64,000 nt of DNA from Macrostomum lignano. Its lineage: Eukaryota. Positions within the stretch are counted from its first letter, which is position 1. Each line of letters begins with the position of its first letter. A program made the translations under genes and the position numbers. The notes beneath the pieces were generated by a model. That model had not been told where the DNA came from. It saw only the letters and a list, made by a program, of their open reading frames with translations, and made no database searches. Positions 43,476-59,950 of the stretch are shown one piece after another. The stretch spans positions 1 to 64,000 of the forward strand of contig NIVC01000382.1 in NCBI GenBank assembly GCA_002269645.1, given 5' to 3'.

Positions 43476-44086
43476 TTAAGTTTATAAAAGAAAATCATTG
43501 AATTTGTTGTTTAAAAATGATGACAAATAAATAAAATTAGCTTAAAAGACTAATCTACTACTAACCGCTTGTAGTATCGCTTGGCAATTTCATATTAATT
43601 ATTTAAATGTATATCTATTCGTAAAATATGCACATCATATTCTTTAAAACTTACTGTAGATTTTTGCTAACCCAGCAATGTATACGCCTGTTAATTGTTC
43701 TTCAAATACTGGTATTTGCGTATTTAATACATTCTTCTTGTGTAAATAAAATTATAAATATATAGCAAGTCACTAAAATTCATTCAAAATTAAGTTAAAG
43801 AAGCTTACAGTCATGAATCACTTAGTTTACACTAAGGATTACTGTAGTATAATAGGATTTAAAACTCGAAGAATGTGTAATTTTTGAAGGCCAGTTTCCT
43901 GCAAAACTTCCCCTGTGAGTAATTTCAACCTTCAACAAATGGTAATCTTCACTGCCCCAGATCAAATGCAATCATTGCAGAGTTTTTTCCAGGAAATGGA
44001 AATGGTCCCTGTTTAGTTGTCCATAACTTCACTTTGCTGATTTAAGAAGTTCATCCTCTATCCGTTGCATCGATTCATGCCGGACC

Positions 44087-47000
44087 ATGTCTGAAAGGCT
44101 GGCTTCTTACGCAACACTGCGCAATGCTGTAAGATTAGCTGTGCCCTTAGCAATGGCTGCGACTCTGCTTGTCTGCTTCGCTCTGCTTCGTCGAAAACGT
44201 CAACAGCGGGTGACTAATGAGACACTGCTGAGCCGCAATGTCGAGCTGCGAAAGCACAAGTACAAGGTACGATGGCGCTTTAAATCCATACCTGCTATTC
44301 TATGATTTTGCAGGCCACTATGGTTCATGAGTGGTGGCACCCTCGAAATGATGACACAACACAGCTCTGTCCATGGATTTGAGGGCAGGGAATGAGCGGA
44401 ATCCTCAGGATCTGGGATCCTCAGGATCTGGGATCCTCAGGAGCTATGATCCTCAGGAGCTATGATCCTCAGGAGCTGGGATCATCAGGAGCTGGGATCC
44501 TCAGGAGCTATGATCCTCAGGAGCTGGGGTCATCAGGAGCTGGGATCCTCAGGAGCTGGGGTCATCAGGAGCTGGGATTCTCAGGATCTGGGATCCTCAG
44601 GAGCTATGATCCTCAGGAGCTGGGATTCTCAGGATCTGGGATCCTCAGGAGCTGGGGTCATCAGGAGCTGGGATTCTCAGGATCTGGGATCCTCAGGAGC
44701 TATGATCCTCAGGAGCTATGATCCTCAGGAGCTATGATCCTCAGGAGCTGGGATCATCAGGAGCTGGGATCCTCAGGAGCTATGATCCTCAGGAGCTGGG
44801 GTCATCAGGAGCTGGGGTCATCAGGAGCTGGGATCCTCAGGAGCTATGATCCTCAGGAGCTGGGGTCATCAGGAGCTGGGATTCTCAGGATCTGGGATCC
44901 TCAGGAGCTGGGGTCATCAGGAGCTGGGATTCTCAGGATCTGGGATCCTCAGTAGCTATGATCCTCAGAAGCTATGATCCTCAGGAGCTATGATCCTCAG
45001 GAGCTATGATCCTCAGGAGCTATGATCCTCAGGAGCTATGATCCTCAGAAGCTATGATCCTCAGGAGCTATGATCCTCAGGAGCTATGATCCTCAGGAGC
45101 TGGGATCCTCAGGAGCTATGATCCTCAGGAGCTGGGGTCATCAGGAGCTGGGGTCATCAGGAGCTGGGATTCTCAGGATCTGGGATCCTCAGGAGCTGGA
45201 ATCTGAAATCCTCAAATCGATAAAAAGAACCATTAATTGCATTTTGGCTAGTAGTGTCAAATAGAAGATTTATAGTTTTGAAAGTACATGCATGAAAATT
45301 TGGCTGTTTAGGTAATTTTTATGATTGATTTCAACGCTGAGTTGCAAGTAGCCTAGGAGGAGTTACATTGCATACATATACATACACACAAACAACGCGT
45401 CAGTTTTTTATGATTGATATTCTTCAACTACTCCACCCCAAGTAGACAATGCAATCTAAAAATAGAAATATGCAGTGCATTTGCAGCGCTTACGCATTAC
45501 AATTGGCCCGTACGGCTAGCGACATTAAATAAAAAAATCGATTTCTAAGAAACTCTGAGAACTTTGGAGTGTAAAATAGAAAATTTTGAATAAACAATTT
45601 TTGTATTGTATCAACTGCACTACTTATAGTAAAAATGGAATAAAATCAAGCTTAATAATAATAACCGCAGAAAGTTGCCGATCAGTCGGCTCCCTGTGCT
45701 ACCATTATCGATTCCGATGCCAGCTTAGCGGAGCATTGGCCGGAGTTCGAGTCGCGCGCTCGTCAATTGGGCTACTGCGGCCTCGACTGCGAATGGCGCT
45801 GGCAAAATGAATTTGGGGAAGTTGGTCAGCTGGCACTGCTGCAGCTGGCCACTGATGACGGGCGCGCTCTGCTCATTCGGGTGCAGCGGCTCACCGTTGT
45901 GCCGCCTCAGCTGGAGGCCTTCTTGGCGGATCGCACTGTGTTTAAGTTTGGCGTTGGAATCGATGGGGATGCTAATAAGCTGGTGAGGCATTCTCCTCAA
46001 TCGCTTCAGTCGTCTTAGACACCTTCCAATCTCTTCAGACACCTTAAAATCCCCTCAGACACCTTACAGTCTCCTCAGACACCTTACAATCGTCTCAGAC
46101 ATCTTACAATCCCCTCAGACACCTTACAATTCCCGCAGACACCTTACAATCACCTCAGACACCTTACAATCGCCTCAGACACCAGCCCTTACAATTGCCT
46201 CAGACACCTTACAGTCTCTTCAGACACCTTACAGTCTCCTCAGACGCCCTACTATCTTCTCAAATACCTTACAATCGTCTCAGACACCTTAAAATCGCCT
46301 CAGAAACCTTACAGTCGCCTCAGACACCTTACAATCCCCTCAGACACCTTACAATCGCCTCAGACACCAGCCCTTACAATTGCCTCAGACACCTTACAGT
46401 CTCTTCAGACACCTTACAGTCGCCTCAGACACCTTACAATCCCCTCAGACACCTTACAATCGCCTCAGACACCTTACAATCGCCTCAGACACCTTACAAT
46501 CGCCTCAGACACCTTACAATTGCCTCAGACACCTTACAATCGCCTCAGACACCTTACAATCGCCTCAGACACCTTACAGTCTCCTCAGACACCTTAGAGT
46601 CTCCTCAGACACCTTACTATCTTCTCAAATACCTTACAATCCCCTCAGACATCTTAAAATTCCCTCAGACGCCTTACAGTCTCCTCAGACACCTTTCAAT
46701 CGCCTCAGACACCTTACAATTGCCTCAGACACCTTACAATCGCCTCAGACACCCCAGACACCCCAGACACCCTACAATCGCCTCAGACACCCCAGACACC
46801 CTACAATCGTCTCAGACACCTTAAAATCGTCTCAGACACCTTACAATCGCCTCAGACACCCTACAATCGTCTCAGACACCTTACAATCCCCTCAGACACC
46901 TTACAATTCCCGCAGACACCTTACAATCACCTCAAGACACCTTACAATCGCCTCAGACACCAGCCCTTACAATTGCCTCAGACACCTTAAAATCGCCTCA

Positions 47001-50000
47001 GACACCTTACAATCCCCTCAGAAACCTTACAATCCCCTCAGACACCTTACAATCGCCTTAGACACCTTACAATCGCCTCAGACACCTTACAATCGCCTCA
47101 GAAACCTTACAATCCCCTCAGACACCTTACGATCGCCTCAGACACCTTACGATCGCCTCAGACACCTTACAGTCTCCTCAGACACCTTACAATCCCCTCA
47201 GACACCTTACAATTCCCGCAGACACCTTACAATCACCTCAAGACACCTTACAATCGCCTCAGACACCAGCCCTTACAATTGCCTCAGACACCTTAAAATC
47301 GCCTCAGACACCTTACAATCCCCTCATAAACCATACAATCCCCTCAGACACCTTACAATCGCCTTAGACACCTTACAATCGCCTTAGACACCTTACAATC
47401 GCCTCAGACACCTTACAATCGCCTCAGACACCAGTCCTTGTAATCGCCTTAGACACCTTACAATCGCCTTAGACACCTTACAATCGCCTCAGACACCAGT
47501 CCTTGTAATCGCCTCAGACACCAGCCCTTACAATGGCCTCAGACACCCCTCTGATCCCCTACCGCCCCGCAGGCCATCGATCTTGGCTGCGACCTCTCCG
47601 GCTGGGTGGACATCCGTCACCTGGCCGACCGTCTGCCGCCAGATTTGGTCTGCCACCGTCGCGGCCTGAAGCCCCTAGCCAACCACATGTTAAGCGTAGA
47701 CTATTTCAAACTGCAGTGGGTCGCTCGAACAGACTGGGAGTTGCCTTGCCTAACTAAGCAACAAGTTCTCTACTCTGCGCTAGACGCTATCACTGGCGCT
47801 ATGCTGGCTGTTGAAATGTCCATACTGATTGGGGAAAGTGTTGAGAATCTGTGCACACAGTTTATCGACGTCAAGCACACGACTGGACCAGCTGGTCAAC
47901 AGCAACGTCAAACAGACTTTCCCGGCCCAACTGCGACACAGTTGAATAAAAAATTGCCAAAATTTGCCAGACAAAATCCGCTCTATCATAATTGCCAAAT
48001 GTTGGCGCCAGACGATGAATTGATGTGCACTCTGGATAAGTGAGTTATTGATCTCAGTTTATCCTTGAATTCGTGTTAAATTCGGTCTCAATAGGTCTAG
48101 GAATCGCCCTCACAACCTTGAGAAATCGCCCTCACAACCTTGAGAAATCGCCCTCACAACCTTGAGAAATCGCCCTCACAACCTTAAGAAATCGCCCCCA
48201 AGCAGCCTCTAACATCGCCCTCACAACCTTAAGAAATCGCCCCCAAACAGCCTCTAAAATCGCCCTCACAACCTTAAGAAATCGCCCCCAAGCAGCCTCT
48301 AACATCGCCCTCACAACCTTAAGAAATCGCCCCCAAACAGCCTCTAAAATCGCCCTCACAACCTTGAGAAATCGCCCCCAAACCGCTTCTAAAATCGCCC
48401 TCACAACCTTGAGAAATCGCCCCCAAACCGCCTCTAAAATCGCCCTCACAACCTTGAGAAATCGCCCCCAAACCGCTTCTAAAATCGCCCTCACAACCTT
48501 GAGAAATCGCCTCCAAACAGCCTCTAAAATCGCCCTCACAACTTCGAACTTCAGACGCAAAGCGGATTGGTACACGGAGCGCGGCCTGGCAACTGTGGTG
48601 TCCACAGACCCGATACTAATTATTCGGTTAAATTTCGAACCGAGCGGACGGCCTCGAGGCGATCAAGCTTATTACCTGGCCGAACGCGACAACCGTTGCG
48701 TTGTGTGCGGCTCTATCCAGGGACTTCAGCGAAAGAAAATTGTTCCGAGGAGTTTAGGCGGCACTTTCCTGAGCTGTTGAAGTCGCACAAGTCGCACGAT
48801 ATTTTGTTGCTATGCGGCCGCTGCCATGCGATTAGCGAGAGGCATACTGAGGCCTTTAAGAAGGAGCTGATCCACGAGTTCGGGCTGGAGATGGTAGGGT
48901 CGCGTGGTTCTGCGGTTTTTGAACTGCATTCGAATCACTCTTAGAATCGCCCTTAGTGTCACAAATGAGAATTGCCCTCAGTGTCACAGTGAGGATCATA
49001 TCACAGTAAGAATCATGTCACAGCAAGGATCATGTCTCAGTGAGGATCATGTCACAGTAAGGATCATGTCACAGTGAGTATCATGTCACAGTGAGGATCA
49101 TGTCACTGAGGATCATGTCACAGTGAGGATCATGTCACAGTGAGGATCATGTCACAGTGAGGGTCATGTTACAGTGAGGATCATATCACAGTGAGGATCA
49201 TGTCACAATGAGGATCATGGCACTGAGGATCATGTCACAATGAGGATCATGGCACTGAGGATCATGTCACAGTGACGATCATGTCACAGTGAGGATCATG
49301 TCACAGGGAGGATAATGTCACAGTGAGGATCATGTCACTGAGGATCATGCCACAGTGAGGATCATGTCACAGGGAGGATAATGTCACAGTGAGGATCATG
49401 TCACTGAGGATCATTCCACAGTGAGGATCATGTCACAGTGAGGATCATGTCACAGTGACGATCATGTCACAGTGAGGATCACGTCACAGTGAGGATCATG
49501 TCACAGTGAGGATCATGTCACTGATGATCATGGCACTGAGGATCATGTCACGGTGAGGATCAAGTCACTGAGGATCATGTCACAGTGAGGATCATGCCAC
49601 AGTGAGGATCATGTCACAGTGAGGATCATGTCACTGATGATCATGTCACAGGGAGGATCATGTCACAGTGAGGATCATGTCACAGTGAGGGTCATGTTAC
49701 AGTGAGGGTCATGTCACAGTGAGGATCATGTCACAATGAGGATCATGGCACTGAGGATCATGTCACAATGAGGATCATGGCACTGAGGATCATGTCACAG
49801 TGACGATCATGTCACAGTGAGGATCATGTCACAGGGAGGATAATGTCACAGTGAGGATCATGTCACAGTGAGGATCATGTCACTGAGGATCATGCCACAG
49901 TGAGGATCATGTCACAGTGAGGATCATGTCACAGTGAGGATCATGTCACTGAGGATCATGTCACAGTGAGGATCATGTCACAGTGAGGATTATGTTACAG

Positions 50001-51665
50001 TGAGGATCATGTCACAATGCGGATCATGGCACTGAGGATCATGTCACAATGAGGATCATGGCACTGAGGATCATGTCACAGTGAGGATCATGTCACAGTG
50101 AGGATCATGTCACAGTGAGGGTCATGGCACTGAGGATCATGTCACAATGAGGATCATGTCACAATGAGGATCATGGCACTGAGGATCATGCCACAGTGAG
50201 GATCATGTTACAGTGAGGATCATGTCACAGTGAGGATCATGTCACAGTGAGGATCATGTCACAGTGAGGATCATGTCACAGTGAGGATCATGTCACAGTG
50301 AGGATCATGGCACTGAGGATCATGTCACAATGAGGATCATGTCACAATGAGGATCATGGCACTGAGGATCATGCCACAGTGAGGATCATGTTACAGTGAG
50401 GATCATGTCACAGTGAGGATCATGTCACAGTGAGGATCATGTCACAGTGAGGATCATGGCACTGAGGATCATGTCACAATGAGGATCATGTCACAGTGAG
50501 GATCATGTCACAGTGAGGATCATGTCACAGTGAGGATCATGTCACTAAGGATCATGCCACAGTGAGGATCATGTCACAGTGAGGATCATGTCACAGTGAC
50601 GATCATGTCACAGTGAGGATCACGTCACAGTGAGGATCATGTCACAGTGAGGATTATGTTACAGTGAGGATCATGTCACTGATGATCATGGCACTGAGGA
50701 TCATGTCACAATGAGGATCATGGCACTGAGGATCATGTCACAGTGAGGATCATGTCACAGTGAGGATCATGGCACTGAGGATCATGTCACAATGAGGATC
50801 ATGTCACAATGAGGATCATGGCACTGAGGATCATGTCACAGTGATGATCATGTCACAGTGAGGATCATGTCACAGGGAGGATAATGTCACAGTGAGGATC
50901 ATGTCACAGTGAGGATCATGTCACAGTGAGGATCATGTCACAGTGAGGATCATGTCACAGTGAGGATCATGTCACAGTGAGGATCATGTCACAGTGAGGA
51001 TCATGTCACAGTGAGGATCATGTCACAGTGAGGATCATGTCACAGTGAGGATCATGTCACAGTGAGGATCATGTCACAGTGAGGATCATGTCACAGTGAG
51101 GATCATGTCACAGTGAGGATCATGTCACAGTGAGGATCATGTCACAGTGAGGATCATGTCACAGTGAGGATCATGTCAGTATATTCCCATTAAACTCGCA
51201 CTTGACCGCCAGGCATCGCACACGGTGGCGGCAGACCAGAGAGCCAAAAGCCTGGCCAAAGCATTGCTGGCCCACGCTAGCGGCAAGGCCAATATTCCCG
51301 AGGCCAGACTAACAGAGATTTCCAGCGAGCTAAAACAAATAATTGCTACGGACTTAACCACCGATGCAGAAGATTCTGACGATGAAGACGAGGATTCCAT
51401 CAATTCGATCCCTATAGAAAAGCTGCAAGCTATAGTGGCATCGGCAGCCAAAACTCCTGCCCAACAGTCCAGCCAGTTAGCTCGGATTGTTGTACAGAAG
51501 TGCCTGGACAGCGGTCGCCTGTTGGAGCTGGAGCGGCGATGGAGAGACCATTTTTTGACTAGCATGAAACCGAAGTACCTGCCGGAGGGTTGGTCGGTTG
51601 AACATCAACATGAGCTGCTGCGGCCCAAACTGGAGCAGCTGGTTAATGGCGAGCCCGATGACTGA
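44087..51665 (+). CDS. EXD2: EXD2, 3'-5' exonuclease domain-containing 2 (~583 aa)
   Basis: Exons 44087-44266, 45671-45982, 47573-48039, 48555-48893 and 51213-51665. N-terminal TM anchor, GLDCEW, LLQLA, KFGVG..DA, Y.A.DA, PLYHNC, ADWY..RGL, CVVCG, SH.SHD.LLLC..CH, WR.HFL..M.P..LP..WSV.H. Needs +1 nt at ~48745. Confidence 0.92.
44395..45200. repeat. Intronic minisatellite (GATCCTCAGGAGCT[GG/AT], ~16 bp)
   Basis: EXD2 intron 1. Confidence 0.95.
46030..47550. repeat. Intronic minisatellite (AATCGCCTCAGACACCTTAC, ~20-21 bp)
   Basis: EXD2 intron 2; source of ORFs 46195..47387. Confidence 0.95.
48100..48545. repeat. Intronic minisatellite (AATCGCCCTCACAACCTTGAGA plus a variant unit)
   Basis: EXD2 intron 3; shares the AATCGCCC core with family B. 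Confidence 0.95.
48990..51178. repeat. Intronic minisatellite (GTCACAGTGAGGATCAT, 17/15 bp, ~2.2 kb)
   Basis: EXD2 intron 4. Confidence 0.97.
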
Positions 51666-51704
51666 GCTGTCAAATTGGCTGTTTTGAAGCGTCAAAATGG
51701 AGTT

Positions 51705-52115
51705 GAGGCGCCAATAGATTATTAATGAGGCGCTAATATTGTTAATGAGGCGCCAGAATTGTTAATGAGGCGCCAGAATTGTTATTGAGGCGCCAAGATT
51801 AGTTATTGAAGCGCCGATGTTATTATTGAGACGCCAAGATTATTTTTGAGGCGCCAAGGTAATTAATGAGGCGCCATGATTATTATTGAGGCGCCAAGAT
51901 TATTATTGAGGTGCCAAGATTATTTTTGAGGCGCCAAGGTAATTAATGAGGCGCCATGATTATTATTGAGGCGCCAAGATTATTATAGAGGTGCCAAGGT
52001 AATTAATAAGGCGCCAAGATTATTATTGAGGCGCCAAGATTATTATTGAGGTGCCAAGGTAATTAATAAGGCGCCAAGATTATTATTGAGGCGCCAAGAT
52101 TATATTGAGGCGCCA
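51705..52115. repeat. Minisatellite (GAGGCGCCAAGATTATTATT, ~21 bp)
   Basis: Just after the EXD2 stop. Confidence 0.9.
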
Positions 52116-52779
52116 ATTTAGTGCTGTCCAAATATTTTTTTTGCTAAGGCATTCTCACAATTATTTACTTTTTAATTTTTTGTTTAAAAAACATTCAGTA
52201 TAGTTAAGCGCTAGCAAATTTGTGTGCGTGTCTGTCTTTATATTTGTAATTTTTTAGGTCTGCAAAGATCTGTTTAAAAAGTGACTGCAAAGTTCTATTT
52301 ATAATCGTGACTTTTCTTCAAAGTACATGTAAGTTTCACTTTGTACTATTTGCTTATGTACAAAAATTATATTCAGTTGAAAAAAACGTTTTTTATTAAT
52401 ACTGTTAGGGTCAACAAGATATTTTAAATTAGTTAAAATTTGGCTGGTTTTGTCTAGTTGACTTTTGGACTCTTTTATACTTTTTTGGACTTTTAATGTA
52501 AAGATATTTTGAGAAATCATTTTTATTTCTGTTTCAAAAGTCTTGAATGCTTGAAAGGAGAATTTCCCTTAGATTCTATTTTTTGCTTTACGGAATGCAG
52601 TGTAATGGAGGGGAATTTAAATCAGTAATCTGGCTTCGCAGAATGTTAATCGAGTTAAAATTTACATCCTCTCTATTTTAGCCTGGCGTGAGTTTTTAGT
52701 GGGAACTTCGCTCAGTTCAACTTTTTCTATTTTAGCTCTGTGGTGTGTAAAAGAAGGGAAATCCTATCCGTTCAACTTT

Positions 52780-53430
52780 TAGCTCCATCACGGTTTTTTT
52801 AATGAAATCCCATCCATTCTATTTTTAGCTGCATCGAGGTGTTTTAGAAGGGAATCCCATTCGTTCTATTTTAGGCTTCACTGAGGTTTATTAGAAGAAA
52901 ATTTCATCCGTTCTATTTTTATTGCGCCGAGGTTTAATAGAAGGAAGTCCTATCCGTTTTAATTTTAGCTCCCTCGAGGTTTATTAGTATAGAAGGGAAT
53001 CCCATCCGTTATATTTTTATCAGCGCCAAGTTTTCCTAGATGGAAACCCTATCCGCTCTATTTTTAGCTCCAAAGTTTGTAAGATGGAAATCCCATCCGT
53101 TCTATTTTTAGCTTCGTCGAGGTTTACTCAAAGGGAATCCCATCCGTTCTATTTTTAGCTTCGTCGAGGTTTACTCAAAGGGAATCCCATCCGTTCTATT
53201 TTTAGCTTCGCCGTGGTTTATTAAAAGGGAATCCCATCCGTTCTATTTTTAGCTGCGCCGAGGTTTATTAGAAGGAAATCCCACCCGTTTTATTTTTTAG
53301 CAGCGCCGAGGTTTATTAAAAGGGAAACCTATCGGTTTTATTTTTAGAAGCGCCGAGGTTTATTAAAAGGAAAACATATCCGTTTTATTTTTAGAAGCGC
53401 TAAGGTTTATTAAAAGTTAATCCTAGCCGT
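52780..53430. repeat. Diverged tandem repeat (~43 bp, AAGGGAATCCCATCCGTTCTATTTTTAGCT...)
   Basis: Ends ~100 bp before the RMI2 ATG. Confidence 0.85.
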
Positions 53431-53532
53431 TTTAGTTAAGCTACTCAGCCTTTTCAAAGATACTTTCAATTTATACTTTACAGATTCTCTCATACTAAAT
53501 AATTGGCGTCTTCAACCAAAACAATCCGCATC

Positions 53533-53967
53533 ATGCCGCTAATGCTGCCAGTCCGTAAACTGTGGATTTCCCATCTGCTGTCTGGTTGCACTCTATCCAA
53601 TGGAGCCTCTGAATCGACTTGGTGCGTCAGACACGAAGGCCGAGAGTTGCAGTTCAGCATGGCCTGGCTGCAGGGCCGGGTTTCAGCTATGCTGGCTGAC
53701 GATCTGTTCGTACTGGACGATGGCACTGGCAGGCTGAGAGTGCCCCTGCTGCCCAATGTGCTGCACTATAAGCGAGCGTTGCAGACTGGCGACTATGTAC
53801 AAGTTGTGGCCTCTTTGCCTAGAGATTTCAACTCTCTGTCCGACCCAGCCAATCCCGACAGTGCTGTAGTTGACGTTGTAAAATTGGCCGTGTTGAATGA
53901 CTTTGGCGGCGAACTATTGGAAGATATGTGGAATTCAGAAGTTGAAGAGAGTTGCTCGATTTTGTGA
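53533..53967 (+). CDS. RMI2: RMI2, RecQ-mediated genome instability 2 (OB-fold, ~144 aa), intronless CDS
   Basis: PVRKL..., AWLQGRV, LDDGTG, GDYVQVV, VKL..L, EDMWNSEVE match the RMI2 motif order; first ATG at 53533. Confidence 0.82.
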   Translation: MPLMLPVRKLWISHLLSGCTLSNGASESTWCVRHEGRELQFSMAWLQGRVSAMLADDLFVLDDGTGRLRVPLLPNVLHYKRALQTGDYVQVVASLPRDFNSLSDPANPDSAVVDVVKLAVLNDFGGELLEDMWNSEVEESCSIL

Positions 53968-53984
53968 TCAGGTCAGCCCATCTG

Positions 53985-54715
53985 ACCGCCCTCCCTGAGC
54001 CATTGCTCATTCAGTTGTGTCTTCTACACCCTCCCTGAGCCATTGCTCATTCAGTTGTGTGTCTTCTACACCCTCCCTGAGCCATTGCTCATTCAGTTGT
54101 GTCTTCTACACCCTCCCTGAGCCATTGCTCATTCAGTTGTGTCTTCTACACCCTCCCTGAGCCATTGCTCATTCAGTTGTTCAGGTGTGTCTTCTACACC
54201 CTCCCTGAACCATTGCTTATTCAGTTGTGTGTCCTCTACACCCTCCCTGAACCATTGCTTATTCAGTTGTGTCTTCTACACCCTCCCTGAGCCATTGCTC
54301 ATTCAGGTGTGTGTCTTCTACACCCTCCCTGAGCCATTGCTCATTCAGTTGTTCAGGTGTGTCTTCTACACCCTCCCTGAACCATTGCTTATTCAGTTGT
54401 GTGTCCTCTACACCCTCCCTGAACCATTGCTTATTCAGTTGTGTCTTCTACACCCTCCCTGAGCCATTGCTCATTCAGGTGTGTGTCTTCTACACCCTCC
54501 CTGAGCCTTTGCTCATTCAGTTGTGTGTCTTCTACACCCTCCCTGAGCCATTGCTCCTTCAGTTGTGTCTTCTACACCCTCCCTGAGCCATTGCTCCTTC
54601 AGGTGTGTGTTCTCTACACCCTCCCTGAGCCATTGCTCCTTCAGTTGTGTCTTCTACACCCTCCCTGAGCCATTGCTCCTTCAGGTGTGTGTTCTCTACA
54701 CCCTCCCTGAACCAT
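53985..54715. repeat. Minisatellite (CTACACCCTCCCTGAGCCATTGCTCATTCAGTTGTGTCTT, ~40 bp)
   Basis: Lies between the convergent 3' ends of RMI2 and the membrane-protein gene. Confidence 0.95.
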
Positions 54716-55049
54716 GACACTTCAGAGGTGTGGCTCCCGTCTGTTGTCTAAAATCTCTGTCTGTTGTCTGTTGTCTGTTGTCTATTAGCTAGAATTTTAT
54801 TAAGCCAAATCTTTACTGCATTTTCAACCGTTTAAATAATTTCTCAGCATTGCTACGTTAATTGTATAGCCGTTTGTTTATATCCGGTAAATATTTTATT
54901 TGTTTATCGGAAAGCAAAATTAATGGCAAATATAAATATGTAAATATTTTGCATTTTTAATGCTTCTCATAAGTACAACCAGAAAAAGAAAACAATTTGC
55001 TAAACTGGCTACTATCGGCTTGAATTATATTGAGTAGAATAGTGCAAAG

Positions 55050-58969
<3,920 letters not shown>

Positions 58970-59559
58970 TTGTATGGCGGTTTCCTGGTTTTAAACTATC
59001 AGTATCTCTAGCAGAGAAATACCATAGCGGTATGAATTGGTATAATTTTTATAAAATTCTCATTTTTATGCAGTGCAGGAGATCCTTCATAGCATTTCAC
59101 TTTAGCAACAAGGATTTGTTCCAATTGGCTAACATCTCTCCTTCGTGTAGCCTCTCCACTCTTTCTGCTTTCTCTGTGCGTGTTTCTTTGAATTCATTTT
59201 CGTGCCCCAGCATGCGACAGAAAGCTTTCTTAGGCGCGTACGCTGTATGCCGTAGAAATCATCATTGAGAAGTCTCTTTGTTTGCTCGGCTTCTAGGAAG
59301 CGGATACTCTAAGTCTAGCCTGCCCCCACCCCCAGCTTTCCAGAATGAAGCAGTGGCACTCAAACTATAAAAATGTTTGTGCGAAATATATTGTTTCTAT
59401 TTCAAAACGTATCGAGGCATTATATAAAGGAGGAATGGGGGACTATTATATGTACCTGTATGTATATACCAGAGATATTACACTAGCACCTTGTTAGGTC
59501 CAGATGCAGATGCCAAGTATATGTGTAGGGCAGTAGCTATAGTTCCAAATGATGTATCT

Positions 59560-59950
59560 AAACCCGAATAATCACAACTCCGAAAAGCGCTCTCTATCAT
59601 AAACCCGAAATATCATAACTCCGTAATTGCTAGCAATGTCCAACACTATTTTGGTTTTCGGAGTTATGATATTTCGGGCTTGTGATACTTCGGGTTGATG
59701 ATGTGCGTTGCTATCGATTTCAGAGTTATGATGATATCATAAGGTTATGATGATTTGTGATATTTCGGGTTTATGATTGGCGTTGCTATTTTGTTTTTCG
59801 GAGTTATGATATTTCGGGTTTGTGATATTTCGGGTTTATGATAGGAAGTGCTTTCGGAGTTATGATTTTTCGGGTTTGTGATATTTCGGGTTTGTGATAT
59901 TTCGGGTTTATGATAGGAAGTGCTTTCGGAGTTATGATTTTTCGGGTTTG
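59560..59950. repeat. GATATTTCGGGTTT-type short repeats in partly inverted arrangement
   Basis: AAACCCGAAATATCATAACTCCG at ~59560-59625 opposes CGGAGTTATGATATTTCGGG copies downstream; possibly a decayed transposon end. Confidence 0.6.

Noticed and set aside
44313-44395. Extra EXD2 exon after TTTTGCAG
   Set aside because: The phase-0 reading stops after 22 codons with no good donor; exon 1 joins 45671 in frame.
46195-47387. Long ORFs of 209 and 335 aa
   Set aside because: Translations of the EXD2 intron 2 minisatellite; flanking exons join in phase without them.
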